A DNA stretch of 64,000 nt from an uncultured Prevotella sp. (GCA_900315695.1 ONAE01000005.1:1468-65467), one strand, 5' to 3'; positions 1-10,100 are shown, counted from the first letter of the stretch. Numbers and translations: made by a program. Notes: a model not told the origin generated them from the letters alone.

Positions 1-2
1 AG

Positions 3-92
3 CGCTGGCCGTATGCTGAGAGCTCTTCAGCACGCAACACCAATACGCCTGCATTCCCTGGCTATACGACCCCAATCTTCTGGGCTCAGTAA
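3..92 (+). CDS. C-terminal end of probable SusD/RagB-like lipoprotein (partial)
   Basis: Open frame RWPYAESSSARNTNTPAFPGYTTPIFWAQ* resembles the RxPY...P.WW C-terminus of SusD-like proteins and lies upstream of two surface lipoproteins. Confidence 0.55.
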   Translation, partial: RWPYAESSSARNTNTPAFPGYTTPIFWAQ

Positions 93-124
93 TCAGATTG
101 TCTAAAACGAAATATAGTATAAAA

Positions 125-841
125 ATGAAAAAGAATATATTACATAAAATGCTTTTTGCTTTCATCGCACTCGCGATGGTAAGCTGTAGCAAGGACTCTG
201 AGGGTCTTTCAAAGATCATTGAGTATCCCCAGATTTTCGTCCAAGGTGATGCCTTCTATGTGTCGCCCATCGGAGAAGAGTTTGTAGATCCTGGCTGTAC
301 TGCACTTTATCAAGGTAACGATTATACTTCAAACCTCGTTATTACTGGTGCTGACGAGATTGACATTAATGTTGCAGGTCTTTATCCTATCACCTATTCG
401 GCTACAAGCCCTGACGGCTATACATGGTCAGAAAAGCGTACCGTAGCTGTATGTGATCCTGACATTACCACTGACCTGAGTGGCACATGGGATGTAGATC
501 CAACCTCTTACCGTATTTATAATGGAGCAGAAGCAGCTATGGGTGGTGCATATGCTGTCAAGATTTCCAAACTGGCTCCTGGTATCTTCAGGTTCTCTGA
601 TTTGTTCGGTGGATGGTATGATCAGCGAGCAGGATATGGAGCAGCTTATGCTGTCGTAGGCCAAATGCAGCTGACGGAAGATAATGAAGTGATTTGTCTT
701 AACTCCAGCAATACTCCATGGGGTGATACTCTAAATGACTTCTTAAATGGTGTTTATGATCCCGCGACTGAGACTATTACATGGGATGCTATCTATAATG
801 ATAGCAAAATGACATTCCATATTATTTTACATAAAAAGTAA
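125..841 (+). CDS. DUF5012/BT_2262-like surface lipoprotein with Ig-like domain
   Basis: Lipobox (MVSC), Ig-like segment (FVDPGCTA...AGLYPITYSATSPDG) and position in a Sus-type operon. Start moved to ATG 125. Confidence 0.7.
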   Translation: MKKNILHKMLFAFIALAMVSCSKDSEGLSKIIEYPQIFVQGDAFYVSPIGEEFVDPGCTALYQGNDYTSNLVITGADEIDINVAGLYPITYSATSPDGYTWSEKRTVAVCDPDITTDLSGTWDVDPTSYRIYNGAEAAMGGAYAVKISKLAPGIFRFSDLFGGWYDQRAGYGAAYAVVGQMQLTEDNEVICLNSSNTPWGDTLNDFLNGVYDPATETITWDAIYNDSKMTFHIILHKK

Positions 842-847
842 CAGATT

Positions 848-1318
848 ATGAAGAAAGTATTATATTTAGCTACAATGCTCCTCTGCATGGCTTTTACAAG
901 CTGTCAGAAGGAAGATATTGGCGGAACAGCAACAGAGAGCCTTGCTGGCGACTGGTATGTTGAGGCTTCGGTTGACGGAGAAGCCATCACTGGTTCCTTC
1001 CATCTTTTGACCTACAATACCTCTGCCAACAACCCTAACGAGATCTTTATTGACGATCAGGGAAATTTTTGGGATTTCAAGATCAAGGCTACCAGTGATG
1101 TCAACAGTCTCACTTTTAGTGCGACTGACGCTCTGAACTTGAGCTACGACGATTGCACAGTAACTGTTACCAATGCAAAGATCCTGAAGAATGGTGGTGT
1201 GCAGAAGAACGGTTCACCTGCTGACCTCATCTCGATGGATGTGGAGTATAGCGATGATCCTGGCACCATCTACCATCTGGAGGGTGTACGCTACTCTGGT
1301 CTTGAAGAGAACGATTAA
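848..1318 (+). CDS. BT_2261-like lipid-binding-domain lipoprotein
   Basis: Lipobox FTSC, then LAGDWYV, TYNTSAN, IFIDDQGNFWDFKIKA and DDPGTIYHLEGVRYSG motifs. Confidence 0.75.
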   Translation: MKKVLYLATMLLCMAFTSCQKEDIGGTATESLAGDWYVEASVDGEAITGSFHLLTYNTSANNPNEIFIDDQGNFWDFKIKATSDVNSLTFSATDALNLSYDDCTVTVTNAKILKNGGVQKNGSPADLISMDVEYSDDPGTIYHLEGVRYSGLEEND

Positions 1319-1344
1319 GTTTAAAACTTAACAATATCAACCAT

Positions 1345-1385
1345 CGCCCCCGTTAAGCATCGACTTAGCGGGGGCGAATCTTTTT
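1345..1385 (+). terminator. GC-rich hairpin with T tract; copy 1 of a 40-bp direct repeat
   Basis: cgcccccgttaag-catcga-cttagcgggggcg followed by aatcttttt, 26 bp after the stop at 1318. Confidence 0.8.
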
Positions 1386-1439
1386 ATCAGCCCGTCCCCG
1401 CTTTTCCTTTGTCATCCCGCTAGATTTCTAAAACATATT

Positions 1440-1772
1440 TCAATCGAATACAATAGAGATTGTTTCCTCAAATTCTGCCAGTAACTCCTTCAGTCTTGGA
1501 TTGTCTTTCCGTGAAAACAAAGCGGAGAACTCCTCGATGATGGCGAATACAGTTTGACGTAACTTAATGTCACCAGGTGAACGCCCAGCCCCTTCAACGT
1601 TGATACAGAATTGGAAAGCTCCGCTCTGTACAAAGGAGTTTTCAAGCATGAAGCTGATAGTGTACTTCAGACCAAAGTCTGTTTCGAAATAGAAAGAATA
1701 ACAATCGTTTTCCCTGTGCCTTACTCCATAGGGAGCATGCTTGTTGATGTTTTCTAAACTTAATGTGTTCAT
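1440..1772 (-). CDS. DUF6169-like protein, probably internally deleted
   Basis: N-terminus (LSLENINKHAPY, FETDFG, SPGDIKLRQTVFAIIEEF) and C-terminus (LFSRKDNPRL..EFEE) match my recollection of the family; the central part appears absent. Confidence 0.55.
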   Translation of the reverse strand: MNTLSLENINKHAPYGVRHRENDCYSFYFETDFGLKYTISFMLENSFVQSGAFQFCINVEGAGRSPGDIKLRQTVFAIIEEFSALFSRKDNPRLKELLAEFEETISIVFD

Positions 1773-1798
1773 AGTGATAAAAGGCTTTTGGTGAAAAC

Positions 1799-1957
1799 TT
1801 AACTGAATCTGTAAATGTCTTCTACTTTCAGCTCTCCATTCCGAATCATTTCAAACTCTTTGTTGGTCTTCTCAATCCATTCTTTCTTGCGGCGGATTGT
1901 CTCCCTAACAGCGGCTCTTACCTCCTCACGAGTTCTTTTCTTCTTTGTTGTTTCCAT
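1799..1957 (-). CDS. 52-aa basic small protein (below the ORF-track cutoff)
   Basis: Hand translation METTKKKRTREEVRAAVRETIRRKKEWIEKTNKEFEMIRNGELKVEDIYRFS*; lies between a consensus promoter and the DUF6169-like gene. Confidence 0.6.
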   Translation of the reverse strand: METTKKKRTREEVRAAVRETIRRKKEWIEKTNKEFEMIRNGELKVEDIYRFS

Positions 1958-1992
1958 ATCGATTTAAATAATAAAAGATGAATATTCGCCTG

Positions 1993-2024
1993 CAAATGTA
2001 CGAATAAACCATCAAACTTCCAAA
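1993..2024 (-). promoter_or_regulatory. Bacteroidetes primary-sigma promoter for the small cassette
   Basis: Minus strand TTTG (2024-2021), 20-bp spacer, TACATTTG (2000-1993). Confidence 0.7.
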
Positions 2025-2176
2025 TAAATCTCCTTTTATTTTGATTATGAGCGGATGACGCAAACAAACTTCTTCGAAAGTGAAGCCTTCCCAAGATTCT
2101 ATACTGCGGTCAGTAAAGTGGTGCTGCCAGTACTGTTCATCACGTGTGCGATTGCCCTCTACATAATGGAAGTAGA

Positions 2177-2216
2177 CGCCCCCGTTAAGCATCGGCTTAG
2201 CGGGGGCGAATCTTTT
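2177..2216 (+). repeat. Copy 2 of the 40-bp hairpin direct repeat
   Basis: cgcccccgttaagcatcggcttagcgggggcgaatctttt, one mismatch versus 1345-1384. Confidence 0.9.
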
Positions 2217-3321
2217 AAAACAAAGTGGATAACAACCGTTCTGGAAGTGCGTGGCGGTTGAGGAAGAGGTAGGTGGTGTTGAGAGCGATGTAGTCGCGCG
2301 ACATGTACCAGATACCCTTGTATTGACCGGTCTTACCCCAAGAATTCTTGACGAGATAGTAGGGCTTACCCTGTTCGTCAAGTGCCTTGCCGTAGATGAG
2401 CATCACATGGTCATAGGTGAAGCGCCAGTCGTTCCACTGTTCCTGACGAAGTTGCTGCGAAGGCTGGACGCTATCGGGCAGCATGGCCAGTCCTGTGCGG
2501 GTGAAGTCGCCTGACACGTCACCACCCCAAGCCACTGTATAGCCTGCATCTATCGCCTTGTCGAGCACGTCCATCAACTGTTCGATAGGGATATTATAGC
2601 TGGGTTTCAGACGCCATTTATAGGGAGCCTCGATGACAAACCACTTGTTAAACGGATGATGGGTATAGCTCGTCAGACTCACGTAATCGTCGAGGTTCAG
2701 CCCCAGACTCTCGGCAAACGACTTCGGCGTGTATATCTTTCCCTCATACTGGAAAGAGTCGGGACAACGGCCAAGGTATTTCTCGATGATAGTCTGAACA
2801 CTATCCTGCCAATGGGACTTGGGTGACTTGGCATCTTTAACGACCGCACTGCTCACCTGACGCTCCAATTCCGGGAAAAAGACTTTGAAGTTTGCCAGTG
2901 AATCACCAGTCAGCGAACCTGGTGCCGGCATAGCATTCTCCGGACAGATGCCGTGTTGGCGGATGACCTCGAGTACATCGTCGCACGAGCCGCCCTCTGA
3001 GATCTGACTGAATCCGTGCATGCGGACATAGTGCGTGGCGTTGTCCATATAGTCCTTGCTGACAACGAACATCTCACACAGGTCGTAGGTCCTACCCGTC
3101 TGTCGCAGTATCTCGCTCTCAAAAAACCCCAGTGTGGCATAAGCCCAGCAAGTGCCGCTACGCCATTGGTTTTTCACGCTTGTGATCGGGATCTCCTTTA
3201 CCGTCGTGAACGTTTTCTCCACCTGCGAGGCAATAGCCCCACGCTGTAAATTCTCCTGTGCAGACGCATTCAGGCTCATGCCCAGGAGCATCGTGAATAA
3301 TGCACAAAACTGTTTCTTCAT
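2215..3321 (-). CDS. Secreted C1-family cysteine aminopeptidase (aminopeptidase C-like)
   Basis: Catalytic motifs QWRSGTCWAY, DHVMLIYG and KNSWG; signal peptide from MKKQF at 3321. Confidence 0.9.
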   Translation of the reverse strand: MKKQFCALFTMLLGMSLNASAQENLQRGAIASQVEKTFTTVKEIPITSVKNQWRSGTCWAYATLGFFESEILRQTGRTYDLCEMFVVSKDYMDNATHYVRMHGFSQISEGGSCDDVLEVIRQHGICPENAMPAPGSLTGDSLANFKVFFPELERQVSSAVVKDAKSPKSHWQDSVQTIIEKYLGRCPDSFQYEGKIYTPKSFAESLGLNLDDYVSLTSYTHHPFNKWFVIEAPYKWRLKPSYNIPIEQLMDVLDKAIDAGYTVAWGGDVSGDFTRTGLAMLPDSVQPSQQLRQEQWNDWRFTYDHVMLIYGKALDEQGKPYYLVKNSWGKTGQYKGIWYMSRDYIALNTTYLFLNRHALPERLLSTLF

Positions 3322-3346
3322 ATCCATAAACATTGAAATTTGAAGG

Positions 3347-3415
3347 CAAAGATACAAAATTACGGAGATTTTTCATTATACTTGTCACAATTTTCTGAAT
3401 TTCTTCGTATCTTTG
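3347..3415. promoter_or_regulatory. Divergent -7 promoter elements
   Basis: TATCTTTG on the minus strand (3354-3347) and plus strand (3408-3415). Confidence 0.6.
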
Positions 3416-3437
3416 CCGGCAAAAACAATAGAAGTAT

Positions 3438-4109
3438 ATGAAGAAAATGTTTTTTATGACGCTGGCCGTCATGCTGTTTGCGACGGTGAGCAATGCCAAG
3501 GTGAATGGAACAGAGGATGAGGCAAAAACACCCGACGGTGTGGAGGCTGTTGACTTAGGACTCAGTGTGAAGTGGGCAAACATGAATGTGGGTGCGACGA
3601 AGGACTCCGGCTTTGGCTCGTACTTCGCATGGGGTGAGACCAAACCGAAGAAATACTACTCTTGGGGCACTTATGCCTGGAGCAGAGATGACACTCAGTT
3701 CCTGGTAAAATATAATATAAGGGACGGAAAGTTTCAGCTGGTACCCTCCGACGATGCCGCTCATGCCAACTGGGGCGGAGATTGGCGTATGCCCACCGTG
3801 GAAGAGTATGAGGAGTTGGTCAATCCCAATAACTGCAAATGGGAATGGACCAACAAGGATGGTATTAACGGCTATAAGGTGACGAGTAAAAAGACGGGAA
3901 AGTCTATCTTCCTGCCGATTACCGGTTTTCGGTTCTATGAGAGTGTGCAGTTCCGCGCCATCAAAGGTGTTTACTGGACTTCAACCCTTTATACGCCCAG
4001 TCCTACCAAGGCCTGGTGTCTGGAGTTTGATTTCTCTGACGTCAACGTACACTTCGGAAACCTGTCAAGCAATCGTTTCAGCGGTCGCTGCATCCGTGCG
4101 GTACGATAA
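3438..4109 (+). CDS. Secreted DUF1566/C-type-lectin-fold-like protein
   Basis: Signal peptide; VDLGLSVKWA.MNVGA, DDAAHANWGGDWRMPT, YWTS and C-terminal GRCIRAV motifs. Confidence 0.7.
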   Translation: MKKMFFMTLAVMLFATVSNAKVNGTEDEAKTPDGVEAVDLGLSVKWANMNVGATKDSGFGSYFAWGETKPKKYYSWGTYAWSRDDTQFLVKYNIRDGKFQLVPSDDAAHANWGGDWRMPTVEEYEELVNPNNCKWEWTNKDGINGYKVTSKKTGKSIFLPITGFRFYESVQFRAIKGVYWTSTLYTPSPTKAWCLEFDFSDVNVHFGNLSSNRFSGRCIRAVR

Positions 4110-4112
4110 CAC

Positions 4113-4970
4113 TTACACCCCTTTGGCAAGGATGGCATCGCGACATTGCTCCATCAGCCAACGGGGGGTACTGGTGGCACCACAGATACCGACAGTCTGA
4201 ATACCTTCGAGCCATTCTGCCTGAATCTCACAGGGGTCTTCCACCAGATGGCTGTTGGGGTTCACACGCAGACACTCGTTGAAAAGCACCTTACCATTAG
4301 AACTCTTCCTGCCACAGACAAAGAGGATCAGGTCGTGCTTCGTGGCGAAGCTGGAGATGTTCGGCATGCGGTTGGCTACCGAACGGCAGATGGTATCGAA
4401 GCTCTTGAATGTGGCTCCCTCGGCGATATGCGACTGGATATAGTCGATGATACGATGGAACTCATCGAGCGACTTCGTGGTCTGGGAGTAGAGGTAGATA
4501 TCGCGTGAGAAGTCGAGGGTTGTCACCTCATCGAAACTCTCTATGACAATGGCCTTTGATTCGGTCTGGCCTACAAGTCCAAGCACCTCCGCATGACCTT
4601 TCTTGCCGAAGATCACGATCTGGGAGGCATTCTCATCATATTGTTTCTTGATACGCTTCTGGAGCTGGAGCACCACAGGACAGGTGGCATCGATGATCTC
4701 GATGTTGTTCTTTCGGGCGAGCTCGTAGGTCTCAGGAGGCTCTCCATGGGCACGCAGCAGCACCTTCACGTTGTGCAGCTCACGCATGTCGTCGTGGTTG
4801 ATGGTGATGAGTCCCATCTTACGCAGACGTTCGCACTCCATACCATTGTGTACGATATCACCGAGACAGTAGAGGGTCTTGCCCTGGGCCAGTTCTTCCT
4901 CGGCTTTCTTAATGGCGGTGGTCACACCGAAGCAGAAGCCACTGCCTTCATCGATTTCTATTTGAATCAT
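4113..4970 (-). CDS. ispH: 4-hydroxy-3-methylbut-2-enyl diphosphate reductase
   Basis: SGFCFGV, IVHN, RAHG, DATCP, SQTT, TIC, SSN and GATSTP motifs. Confidence 0.95.
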   Translation of the reverse strand: MIQIEIDEGSGFCFGVTTAIKKAEEELAQGKTLYCLGDIVHNGMECERLRKMGLITINHDDMRELHNVKVLLRAHGEPPETYELARKNNIEIIDATCPVVLQLQKRIKKQYDENASQIVIFGKKGHAEVLGLVGQTESKAIVIESFDEVTTLDFSRDIYLYSQTTKSLDEFHRIIDYIQSHIAEGATFKSFDTICRSVANRMPNISSFATKHDLILFVCGRKSSNGKVLFNECLRVNPNSHLVEDPCEIQAEWLEGIQTVGICGATSTPRWLMEQCRDAILAKGV

Positions 4971-6067
4971 TTCTTTAATAAATTAAAATACTCATCCAAC
5001 AAATCCTGGGCGGCGACAAACGAGGTCTTTTGACCTGCCAATACCGTCTGCTCGGCGCTACCCAACTGCGACTTGATGAGCGGATTGTTATAGAAGTTGA
5101 GCCGCAGGTGCTCGTTGATGCTTTCATACATCCAGTACTTGGACTGTTCGTTGCGGCGATACTCGAAATAGCCGTTCTGCTTCACGAAGTCGATATACTG
5201 GTAGATCATATCCCAGATCTCTTTTACGCCAGTGCCGTAGAAGCCCGAATAGCAGAGCACCTTCGGTGTCCATCCACTCTCAGGCATGGGGAAGAAATGG
5301 AGGGCATTACGGAAGTTCGTGGCTGCCATCTGACAGCGATCCACATTGTCGCCATCGCACTTGTTGATGACGATACCGTCGGAGATCTCCATGATACCGC
5401 GTTTGATACCCTGGAGTTCATCGCCTGTGCCTGCCACCTGGATGAGCAGGAAAAAATCAACCATCGAGTGACAGGCAGTCTCACTCTGGCCGACACCCAC
5501 TGTCTCGACAAAGATCTTATCGAAACCTGCTGCCTCACAGAGGATGATGGTCTCACGTGTCTTGCGGGCGACACCACCTAAGGAACCTGCGGAGGGACTA
5601 GGGCGGATGAAGGAGTCAGGATGCTGGGCGAGTTTCTCCATACGCGTCTTATCACCGAGGATAGAACCTTTGGTGCGCTCACTGGAGGGATCGATGGCAA
5701 GGACGGCCAGACGACCTCCTTTCTCACGGAGTACGTGCATGCCGAACTCATCGATAGAGGTGGACTTGCCGGCACCTGGTACACCACTGATACCTACACG
5801 GATGCTGTTGCCACTATAAGGCAGACACTTGTTGATGACCTCCTGGGCACGGGCCTGATGGTCGGGGTTGACACTCTCGATAAGGGTGACAGCCTGCGAG
5901 AGCACGGTGACATCGCCCTTAAGGATGCCTTCCACCATCTCTGCCGGTGAGAGCTCACGACGACGGATGCGATTGCGCTTCAGATAGGGGTTGATGATCG
6001 AGGGCTGCTCGACCCCACTGTTCACCTGCAGACCTGCATATTCTGAACTGTTCTCGGGATGTTCCAT
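4967..6067 (-). CDS. meaB: Methylmalonyl-CoA mutase-associated GTPase
   Basis: GISGVPGAGKST, AIDPSS..KGSILGDKTRM, ETVGVGQSE and GDELQGIKRG motifs. Start at MEHPEN. Confidence 0.93.
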   Translation of the reverse strand: MEHPENSSEYAGLQVNSGVEQPSIINPYLKRNRIRRRELSPAEMVEGILKGDVTVLSQAVTLIESVNPDHQARAQEVINKCLPYSGNSIRVGISGVPGAGKSTSIDEFGMHVLREKGGRLAVLAIDPSSERTKGSILGDKTRMEKLAQHPDSFIRPSPSAGSLGGVARKTRETIILCEAAGFDKIFVETVGVGQSETACHSMVDFFLLIQVAGTGDELQGIKRGIMEISDGIVINKCDGDNVDRCQMAATNFRNALHFFPMPESGWTPKVLCYSGFYGTGVKEIWDMIYQYIDFVKQNGYFEYRRNEQSKYWMYESINEHLRLNFYNNPLIKSQLGSAEQTVLAGQKTSFVAAQDLLDEYFNLLKK

Positions 6068-6068
6068 A

Positions 6069-7163
6069 TTATTTCTTGATGTTGATGACAACTTTGGCGT
6101 GGTCGGGATCGTTGGTGATCATCAGGATACGCGGACGTGTGCGTACCTTCTGTAAGTCATTGGCGATACCCGTAATCTTGAGTTTGGTTGACTGACCTGG
6201 CTGGATCGTACGCTGGTCGAGGGTGACCTTCAGACCGCGTGTGAAGAGCTGCATAGAGGATATCTGCAACACAGAGGCACCCGTGTTCTCAAGGACGACC
6301 TCTGTCGTTTTCTTCGACTTACCTTCGAAGTTGGTGAAGTCGATGTCGGTGGTAGAGATCTGCAACTTCGGGGCGTTGGCTTTGTTGGCGGCATCGAAGC
6401 TCTTCATGTCGGGCAACAGCACCACACTCACACCCATGCTATTATCCTCGCTGACCTTCTCACCGAGTTGACGACCGATATAGACGGTGGATTGCGTCAG
6501 ACCGAAGTCACGCAGCTTCTCGGTGTTGAGCGTCACACTGATGGTACCTGTCTTACCAGGGAAGAGTTTCTCGGGCACAATCTTGGCACTGAGATAGGAA
6601 GGCAGGTGCATCACCGTCGGTGTCATGGTATCAGCACCATCGTTCATGATGTGAATCTCCTGAACAGGGGCATCACCTTTGTTCACATCGTCGAATTCGA
6701 GCTCATTCTTGTCGAGCAGCAGGTCCTCCATCTTATAGGCATAATTGCCGGTATAGTCCTCCAACTCTGCCACCACAATACCTTTCATCGTGAGATAGAC
6801 GGGCTCTTTGGAACCGTTGCTCTTGATGGCAGCCATCTTATGGAACCTGCCGAGCTGTCGGGCATCGTAGGTCAGTTTGATAGTGAACTTATCCCCTGCC
6901 CCAACCTCCTTGGGAAACTCGACATTCGTACAACCGCAATCGGGTTTCACACTCTCGATATGCAGCCGACGATGCCCTTTGTTCTTCAGCTCAAAAGTGG
7001 CGGTGACAGCCTGCATATAGCCTGTACGCCCACACTCGATGGTCGATTTGTCGATAGCGATTCGCTGCGCCGAAGCACTTAAAGGCAGAAAGGCAGAGAG
7101 ACAAAAGGGCAACACCCATTTCACCATACCAGATGCCTTCATATTAACTTTCAGATTCATCAT
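6069..7163 (-). CDS. DUF1573 domain-containing protein
   Basis: Repeated Ig-like modules (VKPDCGCT, ITNDPD), signal peptide, adjacent to meaB. Confidence 0.8.
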   Translation of the reverse strand: MMNLKVNMKASGMVKWVLPFCLSAFLPLSASAQRIAIDKSTIECGRTGYMQAVTATFELKNKGHRRLHIESVKPDCGCTNVEFPKEVGAGDKFTIKLTYDARQLGRFHKMAAIKSNGSKEPVYLTMKGIVVAELEDYTGNYAYKMEDLLLDKNELEFDDVNKGDAPVQEIHIMNDGADTMTPTVMHLPSYLSAKIVPEKLFPGKTGTISVTLNTEKLRDFGLTQSTVYIGRQLGEKVSEDNSMGVSVVLLPDMKSFDAANKANAPKLQISTTDIDFTNFEGKSKKTTEVVLENTGASVLQISSMQLFTRGLKVTLDQRTIQPGQSTKLKITGIANDLQKVRTRPRILMITNDPDHAKVVINIKK

Positions 7164-7172
7164 ATTGTTTTT

Positions 7173-10100
7173 TTACTTTTTTACTTTTATCGTCATGGAT
7201 TTCGCCGTACCCCTGAACTCAGGCGCATAGGCACAACCGACGGTACAAAGACCTGTCTCGTAAGTGCCGGTACGGTCGATATAGTATTCTGTCTCGATGA
7301 CGTGCTTTCCCTTGGAGAGCATGTCGATATAGTAGTTCGTGGAACAGTCCTTCGGGGTACAATAGGCACCCTGTGTATAGCCACTCAACTGGCGTACAGG
7401 TTCCATGCAGGCCGCACGGCGGTCGATGACCTGCACAAAGTCGTAGTCGCGGTCGGCTGTGATGGTGATCCGCACTTTCACACGGTCACCCACCTTCAAC
7501 TCACCTTTTGTCAACAGCTCACGTGTGACGGTAAGACCGGAAGAGGCGGCCTCTACAGACTTCGTGGGTTGCATGAACTGGGCATACACGGCCCCCCAGG
7601 ATGTGCCCTCAGACGACTTCTCGATGGTGAGGGTCTTGCTGTCGGCCGACACGTTGGTCTTCACATAACCGATGCCGGCAGTGGCCTTTGGCAGTTCGAG
7701 CGGTTTCTCATCGACCTTGAGTACCGCCAGCTCCTGTGGTGCAAGGGCATTGCTACCCTGCAGGAAGGCATAGACGGCATTCACACTGTTGATGGGGGTA
7801 TCCCAGGCCTGGGTGCGCTTAGACTGAAGCAGCCAACGTTGCATCTCACTGATGGTCTCTGTGTCGGCAGGTGTCAGACGCTGCATGGCCTCGATGGCGA
7901 CGGTCTGGGTGGGAATCTTATAGTCGAACCAAGAGTAACCGGCACGGGGTGTGTCGTAATAACGACCCATATCCTCACGATATACGGTGTATTCCTTCAA
8001 CGACTGCACATACTCGGCTGCTCGCTTTGGCTCAGTCTTTGAGAGGATAATAGCCGTGAGCGCCTTCTCATAGAGCGACTGGTTCTTGATCTCTTTCTTC
8101 AACAGGGGCATCAGATAGGCGTTGGCAGCCTGTACGTCAGCAGGCAACTCACGTCCGTCGAGGGTGGCGAGATAGAGCCACTGCAGGGCCTTGAAGCTGG
8201 GGAAGGTAGGCTTATGACCTTTCTTCGCCCATTTCTTCATCTCATTCACCTCCTCGATGATCTCCTTACCCATGAACTTAAAGGCTGACGAGAGCATCTG
8301 GGCTGTCTCTTTGTTCTCACCGGTCATCGCATTCAGACGGACCAGCATCTCACTGATGCTGACGGTCATATAGAACGATCCTGGCATCTCGGGCCACCAA
8401 CTCCAGGCACCGTTGCTGCGCTGGAGCTTACGCAGCTTATCGAGCGACTGCTGCAGACGGTTCTGCATGAGGTTCTCATCGAAGAAGTCGCCCATACGTT
8501 GTTTCTGTTCGCTCTCATTATCGGCCTCAAGCACCCAAGGTGTCTCGTTCAACAACAGGTCTTTCAGCTCCAGGTTCTTCTCCAAGGCACTGGTCAACGA
8601 GGTGGCATCAGTCTCTTGTTTCCAGAGTTGGAAGGCCCGTTCAGCCTGTGGGTTCTGCTTTAAGATATGACGACCGAGACTGTTGGCATAATAGGCCGCA
8701 GCCAGGGAGATGGCGTTATCATTGTCAGGGGTGCCCACCACAGAGAGGGCCTGTGTCATCAACCAGGCAGGTTGGTTGGTATATTCCACCGTAAGCTTCG
8801 GTTGGGTAGCATCAGCAGGCACGAGCTGCGACAGATCAACCGTGGTGACTCCCGGATGATGCTGGGTGACAGGCACGGTGAGGGTGACATGCTCAGTAGC
8901 CGGCAGGATGGGCAGGTAATGCTGTTCACCATCGGAGAAGCCGGTTCCGCTGACGGTCATCTGACAGATGAGAAGTGAGGTCTGCGCAGTGAGCAATGAG
9001 GCGGGGTCGAGGTCGAAAGCGACGGGTGTGGTACCGCCTGCCTTCAGCGCGACGGACTGTTTCAGTTCCACAACCACGGCATTGGTTTCAGGGTTAAGGA
9101 GTCGGAGTACAGCTGTGCCCGTGAGATCCTTCTCACTGGTGTTAAAGATACGGGCTGCAATCGTGGCTGCATCGCCTTCACGCAGGAAACGCGGCACGTT
9201 GGGTTGAATCATTACATCCTTCTGAGCCACAGACAAGCCTTCGATGGTGCCATAGCACAGATCCTTCGTATGGGCCAGACCGAGCAGACGCCACGTAGTG
9301 AGACTCTCGGGCAAGGTGAACTTCAAGACAACCGACCCGTCAGCAGCAGTCGTGAGCTGGGGATAGAAGAAGGCGGTCTCATTCAGGTTCTCACGCACCT
9401 GTACGGTTCCTTCCTCCTGTGGAGCCTCATCGACAGCTTCGTTGGTTTCATCTGCCGACTCCTGCTGAACAGCCTTCTCCTCCACTTCTGCCATGGCCAT
9501 CATCGGCATCGCCTCATCCATCACCATCCCTGCGGCTTTGTTCATCTTCATACGGGAACCCATCATCGTGCCTCTGGTGAGATGATAGCGTCCGTAATAA
9601 GGCGTGGGATAGACACTATGGTCAAAGACACTGAACAGCAGCTGCCCCTCATTGACACGCTTCCAATTGAAAGAGGCACCGTTAGAGAACTCATAACGGC
9701 TTGGGAAAGTCCAATGACTATGAGGCATCGGGAGATTATAATAAGGTGACAACGACCAGTGATGTGCCTGCAACTGATCGAGACTCTGGTCGTAGAGCGT
9801 CGCCATCAGCTGGGCATCAACAGGCTTGCCCTGAGGATCGAGTACCGTCAGTGTCCACTCTTCCTGCTGACCGGGTTTCAAGCGATCACGGAAGGTGGTC
9901 CATTGCAGTTTCAGTTTCTTGTCAGGCAAAGGTCGTTTGATCTGGGCGGTATGGGTATAGCACTGGCCATCCTTCACCCAGGCAAAGGTGAGCAACAGAC
10001 CGTTTTCGTAGTCGTCCTTATAGACAAACTGACGGTTGATCAGCTGGTTGTTTCTGTCAACAGCTCCACTCTCAAGCACTTTCTCACCAGCAAAGATGCT

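Noticed and set aside
3438-4109. Possible diversity-generating retroelement target (lectin-fold C-terminus)
   Set aside because: I saw no reverse transcriptase and no template repeat of the 3' end in the window.
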